This document shows positions 26,491-39,439 of a DNA stretch of 64,000 nucleotides, one piece after another (the first letter of the stretch is position 1; every line of letters starts with the position of its first letter). A program made the translations under genes and the position numbers. The notes beneath the pieces were generated by a model. That model searched no databases and was not told where the DNA came from. It saw only the letters and a program-made list of their open reading frames with translations. Source of the DNA: Octopus bimaculoides (Eukaryota); contig NC_068986.1 in NCBI RefSeq assembly GCF_001194135.2, positions 68,709,950 to 68,773,949 on the forward strand, written 5' to 3'.

Positions 26491-27796
26491 TTAGGTTTTC
26501 AAGAAAGTTCTTGCAGTTTTTAACCTTTAAATTCAGATGCACATATCTCAGCTCAAACAAAACTTTATTAATCAAAATAAACACCATCAGAATCAACACA
26601 TTTTTGCAACGCGAAACAAGTTTATTTATGCTAGTAGCATAAAAATCCTGCATTCTGGTGGCAATGAAGTCATTGAAGGCATGTTTGGCATTGTCTTGGT
26701 TTTTGAAGCATTTCTCATGCAGGAAGTTGTTGAGATGCTTGAAAAAGTGGTAGTCGGTGGGCGAGAGGTCTGGTTAGTATGGCGGATGAGGCAGAGTTTC
26801 GTAGCCCAATTCGTTCAATGCCTGCAGGGTCAGTTGTGCGATGTGCGGCCAAGNNNNNNNNNNNNNNNNNNNNNNNNNNNNNNNNNNNNNNNNNNNNNNN
26901 NNNNNNNNNNNNNNNNNNNNNNNNNNNNNNNNNNNNNNNNNNNNNNNNNNNNNNNNNNNNNNNNNNNNNNNNNNNNNNNNNNNNNNNNNNNNNNNNNNNN
27001 NNNNNNNNNNNNNNNNNNNNNNNNNNNNNNNNNNNNNNNNNNNNNNNNNNNNNNNNNNNNNNNNNNNNNNNNNNNNNNNNNNNNNNNNNNNNNNNNNNNN
27101 NNNNNNNNNNNNNNNNNNNNNNNNNNNNNNNNNNNNNNNAAAGAATCCACTTTTCATCGTAAGTCACAATCCGGTCGAGTAACAGGTCATTCTTGTAACA
27201 TAAGAAGGGAAGGCGACACTTTAAAATGGCGCTTTTTTTTAGTTGTTATTCGATTCGTGCAACACCCATTTCTCAAGCATTTTTGTTTTTCCAATCTCTT
27301 TCAAGTGGTTGGAAATTGTTGTATATGTTACGTCTAATTCAGAAGCAAGCTCTTGAACAGTTGTGCGTGGATTGGCTTTGACTAAGGCTCTTAGTTGATT
27401 GTTGTCAACATCTGATGGCCAACCACTACGCTTATCATCTTGAAGACTCTCATCAATGCTACAAAATTTCTTGAATCACCATTGTGCTGTACATTCATTA
27501 GTGGTTCCTGGGACAAACGCATCGTTGATATCGCAAGCTGCTTCAGCAGCTTTTCAGCCTAGCTTGAACTGGAATAAGATAATTGTACAAATTTGCTTTT
27601 TGTCCATGTTGTATTCAACGTTCTAGAAAAAATGGCCTAATTATTCAAAAAGAAAACGAGTAACGCGATTAGATAGAGCGAAAAATGGGCTTTAAAATGA
27701 TATAAAAAGTCAAAGTAATTTAACAAAAATTAATTTGAAAATACATCATTTAAAACCAAAATTAAAAATTCCACAAGAACTTTCTTGACAACCTAA
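26491..27796 (-). mobile_element. Full-length mariner relic (Hsmar1/cecropia-like), pseudogenised, centre in an N gap
   Basis: TIRs TTAGGTT(T/G)TCAAGAAAGTTCTTG with TA TSDs at 26489-26490 and 27797-27798, about 1.3 kb. Translation gives MDKKQI..FKLG*KAAEAA, KWVLH, TYDEKWIL, HPPYSPDLSPTDYHFF and ..CVDSDGVYFD*, with stops and frameshifts. Confidence 0.92.
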
Positions 27797-27941
27797 TACA
27801 TGCAGGTTGGGCCGAAAATAGGTGTAAATTTTCAATAAATAAAAATGAAAAATAACTGTCTTAGTATAAAATAATATCAAATACAATAAAATAAATAAAA
27901 CAGTATTCTGGACAGGCGGGGCCACCTTGTGAGTATAGTGG

Positions 27942-28160
27942 AGGTATGTGGCTAAGTGGTTAGGGTGTTAGACTCATGATCATAAGATTGTGGTTTCGAT
28001 TCCTAGACCAGGCAACACATTGTGTTCTTGAGCAAGACACTTCATTTCACGTTGTTCCATCCACTTGGCTGCCAAAAATGAGTAACCGTGACAAACCAGC
28101 ATCCCGTCCAGGTGGGGAATATATATGCCATAGAAACTGGGAAACCAGTCTATGTGACTC
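27942..28160 (+). mobile_element. SINE family D
   Basis: GTGGCTAAGTGGTTAGGGTG..GGTTTCGATTCC..GTGTTCTTGAGCAAGACACTT..CATCCCGTCCAGG. Confidence 0.8.
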
Positions 28161-28207
28161 GGGAAGGAGTGTTTTTTACATGTGTGTGTGTGTGTATGTG
28201 TGTGTTT

Positions 28208-28965
28208 CCCAACCGCATGGCTCCAGAGTCAGTCCCACAATGTGGTACCTTGGGCAAGTGTCTCCTATCATAGCCTTGGGTCAATCAAAGCCTTGTGAAT
28301 GGATTTCATAGACAGAAACTGAAAGAAACCTGTCGTATATATAAATATATATAGAGAGATGTGTGTCTCTTTGTGTCTGCGTTTGTGCCCATAACTTAGC
28401 GGTTCAGCAAAGAGAGAAATAGAATAAGTACCAGGCTTAAAATAATAAGAACTGGGGTTGGTTCATTCAACTAAAATTCTTCTAGGCAGTGCTCCAGCAT
28501 GGTTGTAGTCTAATGACTGAAACAAGTAAAAGATACAAGATATATACTTAAACATATATATACAGATGCAGACATGGCTGTGTAGTAAGAAGCTTGCTTC
28601 CCAACCACATGGTTCCAGGTTCAGTCCCATTGCAAGGTAGCTTGGGCAAGTGTCCTCTACTATAGCCTCAGGTCAATCAAAGCCTTGTGAGTAGGTTAGG
28701 TTGACAGAAACTGAAAGAAGCCCATCGTATATATATATTTGTGTGTGTGTGTCTTTGCGCTTGAGTTTGTCACCCCCCTCCCACCACCACTTGACAACTG
28801 GTATTGGTGTGTTTATGTCCTCTCAACTTAGCGGTTTGGCAAAAGAGAGACCAATAGAATAAGTATCAGGCTTAGAAAGAAATAAGTACTGGTGTCAATA
28901 CATTCCACTAAGAATTATTCAAGGCCAGTGCCCCAGCATGGTCGCAGTCTAATGACTGGAACAAG
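28208..28965 (+). mobile_element. Two tandem SINE family A copies
   Basis: About 28208-28535 and 28564-28965, each with head, microsatellite and tail. Confidence 0.8.
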
Positions 28966-30479
28966 TGTGTGTGTGTGTGTGTGTGTGTGTGGAACATGAA
29001 AAACAAAAATGATATCACAATGGTTGACATAATGACATAATTTAATGCTGATGATGTTATAATAACATAGTAGTATTTTTTTAGCAGAATTTTACTTCCT
29101 CTGACTCCTGTGTACTCTATAAAGTGGTTGACAAATGAAAGCCTTTCTCTTATTTGATTCTATGTTATGTAACCACCATTAATCATGTTATGTAACCATT
29201 TAAGCATTATTAACGCTATAGTCTTTTTATTTAAATACAAAGTCAACTTAGTATTATTTTATCATCTCTAGAAGGAAAAATATCGAAGTCAACCTTGTAT
29301 TTAAGCTCATAAAATTGAGAACAGTAGCTTGTAATATTACATATATGTCAATTTGTCTCTATAGATTTAATAAAAATAAGGCTGACAGCAAAAAGAAAAC
29401 ATTAATTTTTATGTACATCCTGAAGAAAAAGTTATGGCAAGGAGCTAAGCAAATAGGAGACCGATTTCTTATACTTTTTACTGCATACCATATAATGTAA
29501 TTTTTTATGTAAATGCAACAGACTTGCTCCAAGAGAACATGATTGAAAACAGGTTATCATGAATTACAGAAGTTTACACTAAACCTGCTGTGTGCTGTTG
29601 GTTCTAAGCTCATAAATGTTGTGAGTTGTGAATCATCTCTCTTCCATTATGTTTGTCAAATCTTCATCATGCAGATAGATTGTTAATAGTGTTAAGCCAA
29701 ACTTAAAAGCACATAGCAAGTATATCATGACCTGATGATATTCTACAGTGATTGAAAATTTGAAAGCAGACTAATTTTAGCTTAAACCAGCTATCCTAAC
29801 TATGGTTACTTACACATAATTTCCCATTTTATAGGAAACTACTATCTGTTTTCAAGATCATTAATTTGAGTTAATATAAAGCCAGGAGTTAATGCAGAAT
29901 TATAAAGCCAAGAATAAAATGTTTACAGCCGATATGAAGTCATGAACTGTATTTAGGTATCAAAGCTGAAAGAAGCAAGCACAGCAAACTGACTTTATAA
30001 TGATTAGAAAATATATTTAAAAATCTATTTTGTAGTTTTGTCTTTCACTACGTTTTATTTGGTCCAACCAGAGTGATGTATCTTACTGCAAAACACAATT
30101 TACAGTCTAAGATAGTTTTTGAACTTATGACCTAAAGGGATTAAGAGTTTATAATTTTTACTCTTCTAACTATTAAGATAAGTAAGCTCCTTCAGCATAA
30201 ATTAGTACTATAGCTACAAGCAAATTTAAGTTGGTTAATACTGTTAACTACAACATTAGAATGTCATTGAGGTCGTAATAATACTGACTCTTATAATCAT
30301 TCACACACAGTAGTAATTAAGGTATTAAAATTAGCTTGTAATATAAAATATATTAAAAGTTATTTTATTGTAATTAATGAAGTGATATGAGTGCAACTTA
30401 TTTTAATGGAGGGACTTGACTATAAATAAACTAAACATTATGGAAAAATTTAGTTACCTTTTACTATGACTATCTTTAG

Positions 30480-30700
30480 CCCTTTTGATACCATCCCGCC
30501 TGAGACCTTCCCTGGTTCTACGAAACAAACTTACTGGTGTAAAGTGATCTAAATAATAATCTTCAATCAAAATTCTATGTTAATTTGTTCCAGATACCAG
30601 CTTAATAATGAGAAAATTATTTTATCAAGTTCATTCATTATTTTAAAAATTAACTAAAACAAAGGCAGTACATGTCAACAGAAATATACTAACAAAAGGG
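30480..30700. mobile_element. piggyBac-type MITE, second family
   Basis: TTAG|CCCTTTTGATA ... TAACAAAAGGG|TTAA. Confidence 0.6.
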
Positions 30701-30743
30701 TTAAGTCACTCTCAGGCAAAGTATAGTGCCTTCTTTTCTTTTT

Positions 30744-31135
30744 TTCTTTTACTTGTTTCAGTCACTTTACTGCAGCCATGCTGGGGCACTGCCTTGAAGG
30801 GTTTTTTAGTCAAAGAAATCAACCCCAGGATTTATTCTTTGTAAGCCTAGTACTTATTTTATCAATCTCTTTTGCCAAGCTACTAAGTTGTGGAGACATA
30901 AACACACCAACATCAGTTGTCAAGCAATAGTGAAGAGACAAACACAGACATAAAGACACACACATAAATATAGACATATATGTATGTATATATACGACAG
31001 GCTTCTTTCAGTTTCTGTCTACCAAATCCACTCACTAAAATAGAAGACACTTACCTAAGGAGCCACACAGTAAGAATAAAACTGGAACCATGTGGTTGGG
31101 AAGCAAGCTTCTTAGCACACAGCTGCGTCTGCCTC
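30744..31135 (-). mobile_element. SINE family A
   Basis: Tail, microsatellite and head, with an internal deletion in the head. Confidence 0.8.
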
Positions 31136-31563
31136 TGTAAACTTACAACAACAACTTAACAGGTGACCAGCTAAAAGATTAGATACTACCTCCCAATGTT
31201 TGGAGTATAGTAACTGATGAAAACTGCAGTATTTGAAAGGACTTTAAAAAATTGCTTTTATTTTCCTTTCATTTCTGAAATAAATTCTTCTGCTCTATGA
31301 AATGAGGATAATATTGCGCAGTATTGATTTCTTACATTATTAGTACAAAGACAACTTTTTAAGAGTTAGATGTAAATAAGTGAATCAACCCAGTATTTAT
31401 TTTATTGGTCTGATGAGTAAATGGCAATATCAGTCCTTGGTAAAATTTCAATAAAACTATTGAAGGACATACTAACACCATACTGAACAAATTCTTTACA
31501 GAATTATGGAGAGATCATTCTTAGTGATAAGAGAGAGTGTGATCAAAGCTAGTTATACATTAA

Positions 31564-31779
31564 CCCTTTAGCATTCAAACCGGCCATATTCAGCCCAAAT
31601 ATTCTATTTGTTTTTTTGTTCAAATTGGCCAGGTCCAGCCTCTTACACCTACACTGTCATTCTAAAGGTAAACAATCACATCACTGAAATCTCAATGCTA
31701 CAAAATTATCCATGATTTCTTCAAAACAATGTGAATAAATAAGAATTACATCTGATAGAGTAATCTGAATACTAAAGGG
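31564..31779. mobile_element. piggyBac-type MITE (TTAA TSD)
   Basis: TTAA|CCCTTTAGCATTCA ... TGAATACTAAAGGG|TTAA. Confidence 0.8.
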
Positions 31780-32204
31780 TTAAATGAAGTACAGGAAGGA
31801 TTAGGGGCAGTAGTATAATATACCTATAGACAGATTAGAAAATGGGGTGATGATGAGCTGGTCGAAAGAGTCTGAGTATCTTTGTATTTGGAATATCCCA
31901 AATACATGACATGGTTCCTCCTACCACATGACACTCCAGGCAACTACTCAAGTTGCTGGTAGCTTTCAGTTGGCTCAGTTTTATAAGTCGCCAAAAGGAA
32001 TAGAATTTAAAAAGCTTATCAGCAACAAAACAAAGTCTTTCTAAATTTAAATCTTAAGGAAGAAACCTGGCCAATTACCAAATTGTTAGATAAGGCAAAG
32101 CAACTTCAAGTAAAAAATTTTATGTTAAAAAACTTGTTCGTGTTTTTTTTTTCGATTTTTTTTTTGGGGGGGGTTCTATAAAGGAATGAAAATAATCAAA
32201 TTTT

Positions 32205-32406
32205 GCTTTGCAACCACATGTTTTTGAGTTCAGTGCCTCTGCGCAACACCTTGGGCAAGTGTCTTTTACAACAGCCCCCAGCTGACCCATGCCTTGTGAA
32301 TGAATTTGGTATACAGAAACTGTATGAAACCCTCTGTGTATATGTGTGTACATATATATATATGCATATACATGTATGTATGTATGTATGTATGTACGTA
32401 CGTATG

Positions 32407-32437
<31 letters not shown>

Positions 32438-32539
32438 TATATGAGTATATGCATATATATGTACATGTATGTATATACGTTCATCCACATGTACATATAG
32501 ATACATAACTGGGTACATGACGTGTATATATATATGTTC

Positions 32540-32570
<31 letters not shown>

Positions 32571-32757
32571 CTTTGTGTTTGTCCCACACTACTGCTTAAC
32601 AACAGGTATTGATTTGTTTACATTGCTGTAACAAAGCAGTTCAGCAAAAGAGACTGATAGAATAAGTACCAGACTTAAAAATAAATACTGGGGTTGATTT
32701 TTTTTCATCTAAACCCTTCATGGCTGCAGTCCAATGGCTGAAACAAGTAAAAGATAA
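32205..32757 (+). mobile_element. SINE family A carrying an 85-bp pLTR-like end in its microsatellite
   Basis: Head 32205-32335 and tail 32570-32757. Segment 32440-32524 is the reverse complement of 44440-44524. Confidence 0.75.
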
Positions 32758-33977
32758 TAGATATCTTACATATTATTTTACCAACATACAGCAAAGATAA
32801 AAGGCTGTACGAACACCAGTATCTCAGCTAAACTAGTCCAATCTAGTAACAGAACTATTATAGTCACTCAACCTGCATGTGAAGTTCTCAACAAACTCTC
32901 TACTGCCTTTGAAATACCTCTTTATTCAAGTAGTATATCTTTAAGATATTTAATGCTATCAGTCAACTAACTGCGTGCTAAAGATATATTTTTGAGGATC
33001 TGACTGAGACAACTTAACAACTAACCTACTCTGTGTAAAGCGAAATTTATAGATATTCTTCAATTGTTATTGTTGTTTGACCGTAAGTCAACCTCCACCA
33101 ACAAAGCAGACATATGGTCAAATTTACCTATCATGACCACCGCAACTTTTTAGGAGTATCTTGAACATTACCCACTGTATTTCCTTTTTCTTCCTTCTTT
33201 TTTTTTAAGATGTATACAGTAATTTGAGGGTAACTTAGCTGCTATCTCTTGCAGGTTGGGTGACCAAAACGGTAGCTTCTTTAGCTCAATCCATCTGTTG
33301 TAGAATAACAGTAACAGTAAGAGTAAACAGTATTACAGAATTAATGTTGAAATGTTGCAAAACATGAGAACTAAGTACACTAAAGTGGAACAGTTTTGAG
33401 TTTTAATTTCATCTGCTAGCACTGGTCTAGTAGCACCTAGAAGATATATAACTACAAATATTTACTAAACATTTAAGGAGGGGAAATATTAAAACTTCAT
33501 CAAATTACTTGTAACTATGGAGTTAGCATACATTCTAGAACGCTTATAATAAATAAATCAAAATTTCTGTGATAAGTTAAACCTTTACATAATGAACTCA
33601 GCTGTTAAATGATAAAAGAAAGATAAAAAATCACTATCTATTTTATTATCCCATATTATAAGAAATATGAAACTGAAACCAAAAATTAGTTCTTTAATCT
33701 AGTTTTACTTGTTTCAATCATTAAGACTGTGGTCATGCTGGGGCACTACCTTGAAAGGTTTATTCAAATAAATCATTCCCAGTACCTTATGTTTTTTGGG
33801 GGTTTTTTTAAAGTCTGATACTTATTCTATCAGTCTCTCTTTGCTAAACTGTTAAGGGAATGTAAACAAACCAAACTGGTTGTCAAGCATTGGTGGAGAC
33901 CAAACACAAAAACATACACACATACATATATACATACATACATAGGAATGTGTATTTTATACATATATATGTGTGTA

Positions 33978-34036
<59 letters not shown>

Positions 34037-34253
34037 NNNNNNNNNNNNNNNNNNNNNNNNNNNNNNNNNNNNNNNNNNNNNNNNNNNNNNNNNNNNNNNN
34101 NNNNNNNNNNNNNNNNNNNNNNNNNNNNNNNNNNNNNNNNNNNNNNNNNNNNNNNNNNNNNNNNNNNNNNNNNNNNNNNNNNNNNNNNNNNNNNNNNNNN
34201 NNNNNNNNNNNNNNNNNNNNNNNNNNNNNNNNNNNNNNNNNNNNNNNNNNNNG

Positions 34254-34388
34254 AGACATTATTTTTGGAGAAATAACCGGTTTTGTATTTTCTTTTCAAA
34301 TTTCTCTACCTGTATCGTATGTTACGATACAGGTAGAGAAATTTGAAAAGAAAATACGGAACCGGTTATTTCTCCAAAAATAATGTCT
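34254..34388. repeat. Near-perfect hairpin (66-bp arms, 3-nt loop)
   Basis: 34254-34319 pairs with 34323-34388 with two adjacent mismatches (TT/GG) and a TGT loop. It abuts an N gap. Confidence 0.9.
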
Positions 34389-34486
34389 TTATACTCAAAA
34401 TTTTCTAACATTTTTCTAACATAACGGTTTAAATATGTACTTTAACCATATAACACAAGCCTTCTGTAGTTTTTTCACTCTTGTTT

Positions 34487-34522
<36 letters not shown>

Positions 34523-35177
34523 CACACACACACAATAAGTAGTATCAAAAAGTTCCTGGACTAGTTCTGTAGCGCACCAATAGATGGCAGTACACGGTTG
34601 CATGTACAGTGAAAGCTAGCAGTGACCTTCATTAGGCAGTGTGCTGAGTGAACTGCTGTATTTACTTCGCAAGTTGTGTAATTTGTGTGTTTGTAATTAC
34701 ATGTATGCAAGTGTCTTCTACTATAGCTATAGTGGAAGTCACTTGCCCAAAGTGCCATGTAATGAGGCTGAACACAAAATCTTAAAAATTCTTAATTTTC
34801 ATTGCCCTTAACATCAATCAAAGTAGATATAGTTTTCAAGCAGTTATATCACTTAATAGAATATTTATCCTAAAAGAAAGCTTCTGAACCCACTTTTTAT
34901 CAGTAATAATTTCTAAACACTTTTGGGACAACATATCTACTGAAATCCGTTNNNNNNNNNNNNNNNNNNNNNNNNNNNNNNNNNNNNNNNNNNNNNNNNN
35001 NNNNTTATATCCCTTTTTCTTTTGTAGCTTAGGTGGGAGATGACTATTTATAAATCAAGAAATTATTCTTGCTTCTAACCACTCAACTGTAAAATAGTTT
35101 TGGTATCTGTTGCATCAGTCAGCATCTTCTTCACAATCGTTACAGTAAAGTTGAAACTCAAAGTCATATAATTGCAT

Positions 35178-35580
35178 AGGTGCAGGGGTGGTCATGTGGT
35201 AAGAAGCTTACTTCCCAACCACACGATTCCAGGTTCAGACCCACTGCATGGCACCTAGGGCAAGTGTCTTTTACTATAGCCTCGGGCCAACCAATGCTTT
35301 GTGAGTGGATTTGGTGGGCTGAAACTGAAAGAAGCCCATCATATATACATATATAGATGTGTCTATGCGTGTGTGTCTTCGTGTCTGTGTTTGTCCCTCA
35401 CCACTGCTTGACAACCAGTGTTGGAGTGTTTACATCCCCATAACTTAGCAGTTTGGCAAAAGACTCTGACAGTATAAGTACCTGACTTTAAAAAAAATGT
35501 CCTGGGGTCAACTAAAACCCTTCAAGGCAATGCCCCAGTACAGCTGCTGTCAAATGACTGAAACAAGTAAAAGATAAAAT
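35178..35580 (+). mobile_element. SINE family A, full copy
   Basis: Head, microsatellite and tail. Confidence 0.85.
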
Positions 35581-36106
35581 AATTAGTAAATACATTACAT
35601 CAACCTAAATTAACTAAGTATATGAAATAAGATAACTGATGCTAATCAGATGGGTAATTTTTTATTATCTAGTTTTATTAAAATGAACCAGAATAATAAT
35701 GCAGTCACAATTTGTAACAAAATATATAGGAGAAGTAAAATGAGACTGTGGAATGTTCCATATTTTCTCATGGGCATAGTAATATAAATGTGTGGCCGCA
35801 GACAGGCCAACATTCCCTCTGAATGGAATGCCAGACCATTGCAGGGTCACCTATTTACAACTGCATTCACTGAAGCAATGTGAAATGAAGTGTTTTGCTC
35901 AGAAATAATGTACTACTGATCTGGGAATTGCAACTACGATTTTGCAATCTCGAGGTCAAATCCCTAACCACTAGGCTATGTGGCTCTACATAATTCACAT
36001 ATGTGAGTGAATTTATATTTATTCAAAATAGTTACAGATGCAATTGAAAATAACAAGTATAACTTTAATGAATAGCCACTATAAAATGATTATTTTATGG
36101 AGGAGT

Positions 36107-36317
36107 AAATACATTTTATTGCAATTCTAATGAAATTGAAGAAAATTTCATTCTTTCTAACTCATTTAACAAACAAATTCATATAATAAACAAATGAGTT
36201 AAAGTTATACTCCAGTGTGCACTCTATTCAAAGATTAGTTGCAAAATTTCATGAAATGAAACAAATAAAAAAATTTAATTTTCTTTCAATTTCATTAGAG
36301 CTGCAATAAAATTATTT
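36107..36317. mobile_element. AT-rich MITE-like element with about 35-40-bp TIRs
   Basis: TTTTATTGCAATTCTAATGAAATTGAAGAAAATT versus AATTTTCTTTCAATTTCATTAGAGCTGCAATAAAA. No clear TSD. Confidence 0.5.
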
Positions 36318-36954
36318 GTTCTTGCATATAAGAGTCATGTTATGTTGGATACTCATTTTTCTTTTTCCCCAAGTCAATAGACTGTTTGCCTAGAATGAAA
36401 CATAATCAAACTGCAATAGTTTCCAGTAAGTCGTTCTATTCAGTAAACTGCAAATAGGTAAAACAGACATTGAAATTTTTTTTTCTTTTTAAATTCAATT
36501 AACTCTAGAGAAAATATAAAATGCAGTGGCATCCTTTAATACCAGATCTATAAAAAAATTATAGTAGAATAATGCAAATCTTATTTAATCTTATTTTTAT
36601 ATTAAATTAGAAACCAATAATGACTCTGAAATTTTTTTTATAATAAAATAAATATACTAATAAAAGAATAGAACCACAATGATATAGAAGATAAGTATAT
36701 AGAAGTTAATAACTAGTTATCTAGTCAAACCTTAACCAAAATGTAATCAAAATACTTTTTGATTGCTGGAAAGCAAATAGAACATCTTTGAAAACATTTG
36801 AAATCATAAAATATTGAAATACAATCGATAAACATCTAAAACCACCACCATCCAGCTCTGTCCTCCCTCTTTCTCTTCTTTTGTTAGTATTACTACTGCC
36901 AATACAGCTTTCTCTACTCTTCTGAGGTACTTGACTGGAAAAGTTTGGAAAAAT

Positions 36955-37136
36955 CACAGGCATGGTTTGTTGCTTCCCAACAATATGGTCTTGAGTTCAG
37001 TTCTACTGCCTGGCACCTTGAGTAAGTGTCTTCTATTATAACCTCAGGCTGACCAAAGCTTTGGGAGTGAATTTGGTAGACAGAAACTGAAAGAAGCCTT
37101 TCATTCATGACATGTATGTATGTATGTATGTATGCA

Positions 37137-37224
<88 letters not shown>

Positions 37225-37227
37225 CAA

Positions 37228-37259
<32 letters not shown>

Positions 37260-37820
37260 TATATATATATATATAGGCACAGGAATGGCTGTGTGGTAAG
37301 AAACTTGTTTCCTAAACACATGGTTGAGAAATTGGTCAGCTTCAGGTTGACCAATGCCTTCTAAGTGGATCTGGTAGTTGGAAACTGAAAGGAGCCTGTC
37401 ATGTGTGTGTGTGTCTGTTTGTCCCTAACCATCGCTTGACAACTGATGTTGATGCATCTATGTCCTAGTAACTTAGCAGTTTGGCAGAAAAGACCAACAG
37501 ATTAAGTATCAGGCTGAAAAAAGAATAAGTACAGGATCCATTGAAGGAAGTGCCCCAGTATGGCCACAGTCTAAAGACTGAAACAAGTAAAAGATAAAAG
37601 ATATATATATATATCTCCATGTGTGTGCACCTTTGTGATTGTACCACTACCACTGCTTGAGAACCAATGCTGGTTTGTTTATATCCCCGTAACTTAGCAG
37701 TTTGGCAAAAAAAAACAATGGAATAAGTACCAGAATTAAAAAATAAGTACCAGTGTTGATTTGTTCAACTAAACATTGCATAGCCACAGTCCTATAACTG
37801 AAACAAAGCAAAAGATAAAA
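36955..37820 (+). mobile_element. Cluster of SINE family A copies and fragments
   Basis: Head 36955-37100, a copy at about 37275-37595 and an extra tail at about 37630-37820. Confidence 0.75.
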
Positions 37821-38396
37821 GAAATCTATTTCTTTACGAACTCTACAAGCTATATCATTCTCCAAATGATGCCATATTGTGTGCAACATTTCCCACAAGA
37901 GGTTTTGAATTCAGCACAACAAACCAGTAAATCACTGCTTATCACACTGGATTATATTAATCTGTGGGACTTATTTAGCACTGGGTGGACTTGGACTTGG
38001 CCATAGGCACAGTATAGTGTTAGTACTTTGTATGACACAAACCACTGATTTAATGCTGGCTGTCTAGTATTCTACTGACTCAATTATCAATTAGCATGTA
38101 TTCTGCTCAAATAAAAGAGTGGAAGTTCGACTGTTTCCTGATTAAAAATACTTAGAGGAAACTAATATAGGCTATGATATAGTAGTAATAGCAACAGCAA
38201 CTGTAGTAGTAGTAGCAGCAGCAGCAGCAGCAGCTTCACTGTCCAACATATACCTGTTCACGTTATATTTACTACAGCTTACACTCATCTGAAAACAATT
38301 GGATATCAATAATAAAAAGTAAATAAAAAAATCTGCATTTACCCCTATCAACTTGTTCTTATAGATCACCGTTTCTCAAACATCTTTTTACATATA

Positions 38397-38778
38397 GGTG
38401 CAGGCATAGCTATGTGGTAAGAACCAACCACATGGTTCTAGGTTGAGTCCCACTGCATGGCACCTTGGGCAAGTGTATTCAATTATAGCCTCCAGTCAAC
38501 CAAAGCCTTGTGAATGGATTCGGAAACTGAAAGAATCCCATCACGTATACACACACACATTTGTGTGTGTGTCTTTGTTTGTCCGCCCACCATCACTTGA
38601 CAACCGACGTGGTGTGTTTACATCCCTGTAACTTAGCAATTTGGCAAAAGGGTCCGACAGAATAAGCACTAGGCTTACAAGGAATAAGTCCTGGGGGGGG
38701 GGCGTTCTCTTCAACTAAAACCCTTTAAGGCAGTCTCCAGCATGGCCACAGTCAAATTACTGAAATATGTAAAAGAAT
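38397..38778 (+). mobile_element. SINE family A
   Basis: Head, short (CA)n/(TG)n and tail. Confidence 0.8.
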
Positions 38779-39439
38779 AAGACAATATGGACCCCTTTCA
38801 TTCCTATTTTAATAGGGAGGACTTTTTTAACCATTTGATGTTTAAAAAAATCCTATTATATTTTAATAATTACATATTAGGAATTCCAAGCACAAACCCT
38901 CATTACCTTATGAGTACCTTGGGAAAGGTAAAACCTAGGAGAAACAACTTTGACAGCAAATCAAGGAGTGGAGTTCTCCAGGTGGTCTGGTATCCTCTTC
39001 GACATCCTTCAGACAACTGCACAATAAATGGAGCCCTCCAGCCCTGTAAGACAATTCACCTAGGAAAAGGCTACTCCAATGTAAAACCAACAGCTGGTTG
39101 TTCACTGTAACATTCTTAGCCTGCTCATTCACTGTGGTCTGAAATCCAATTGTAAAGATTGGGATCATAATGCATGGACTGACTCTCACTTTAAAACTAC
39201 TTAGTGTAGGCAGAAAGGAAAATTCTGTAACATCAAGGATTAGTTTACAAAGCCACTTGAAATCAAGCTGCTCTTCCTTTTGATCTTCAGACAAAGAAAC
39301 TGTCATCATCACTGTGTGGGCTATGAATAAATGAATTAACAGATTCATAGCATATGTCCCTGCTGAATTAGAACAAAGAGGACTAAGTTTTCAAATTGAA
39401 TATGTACTTCTTGGATCTCTGGCCAAATAGTGATTTATT

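Noticed and set aside
38260-38300. 35-nt exon candidate (TTTTCAG|ATGAGT..AACAG|GTATAT) next to a (GCA)n/(GTA)n tract
   Set aside because: It has a stop in phase 1 and so is incompatible with the first exon. The donor is ordinary and there is no other support.
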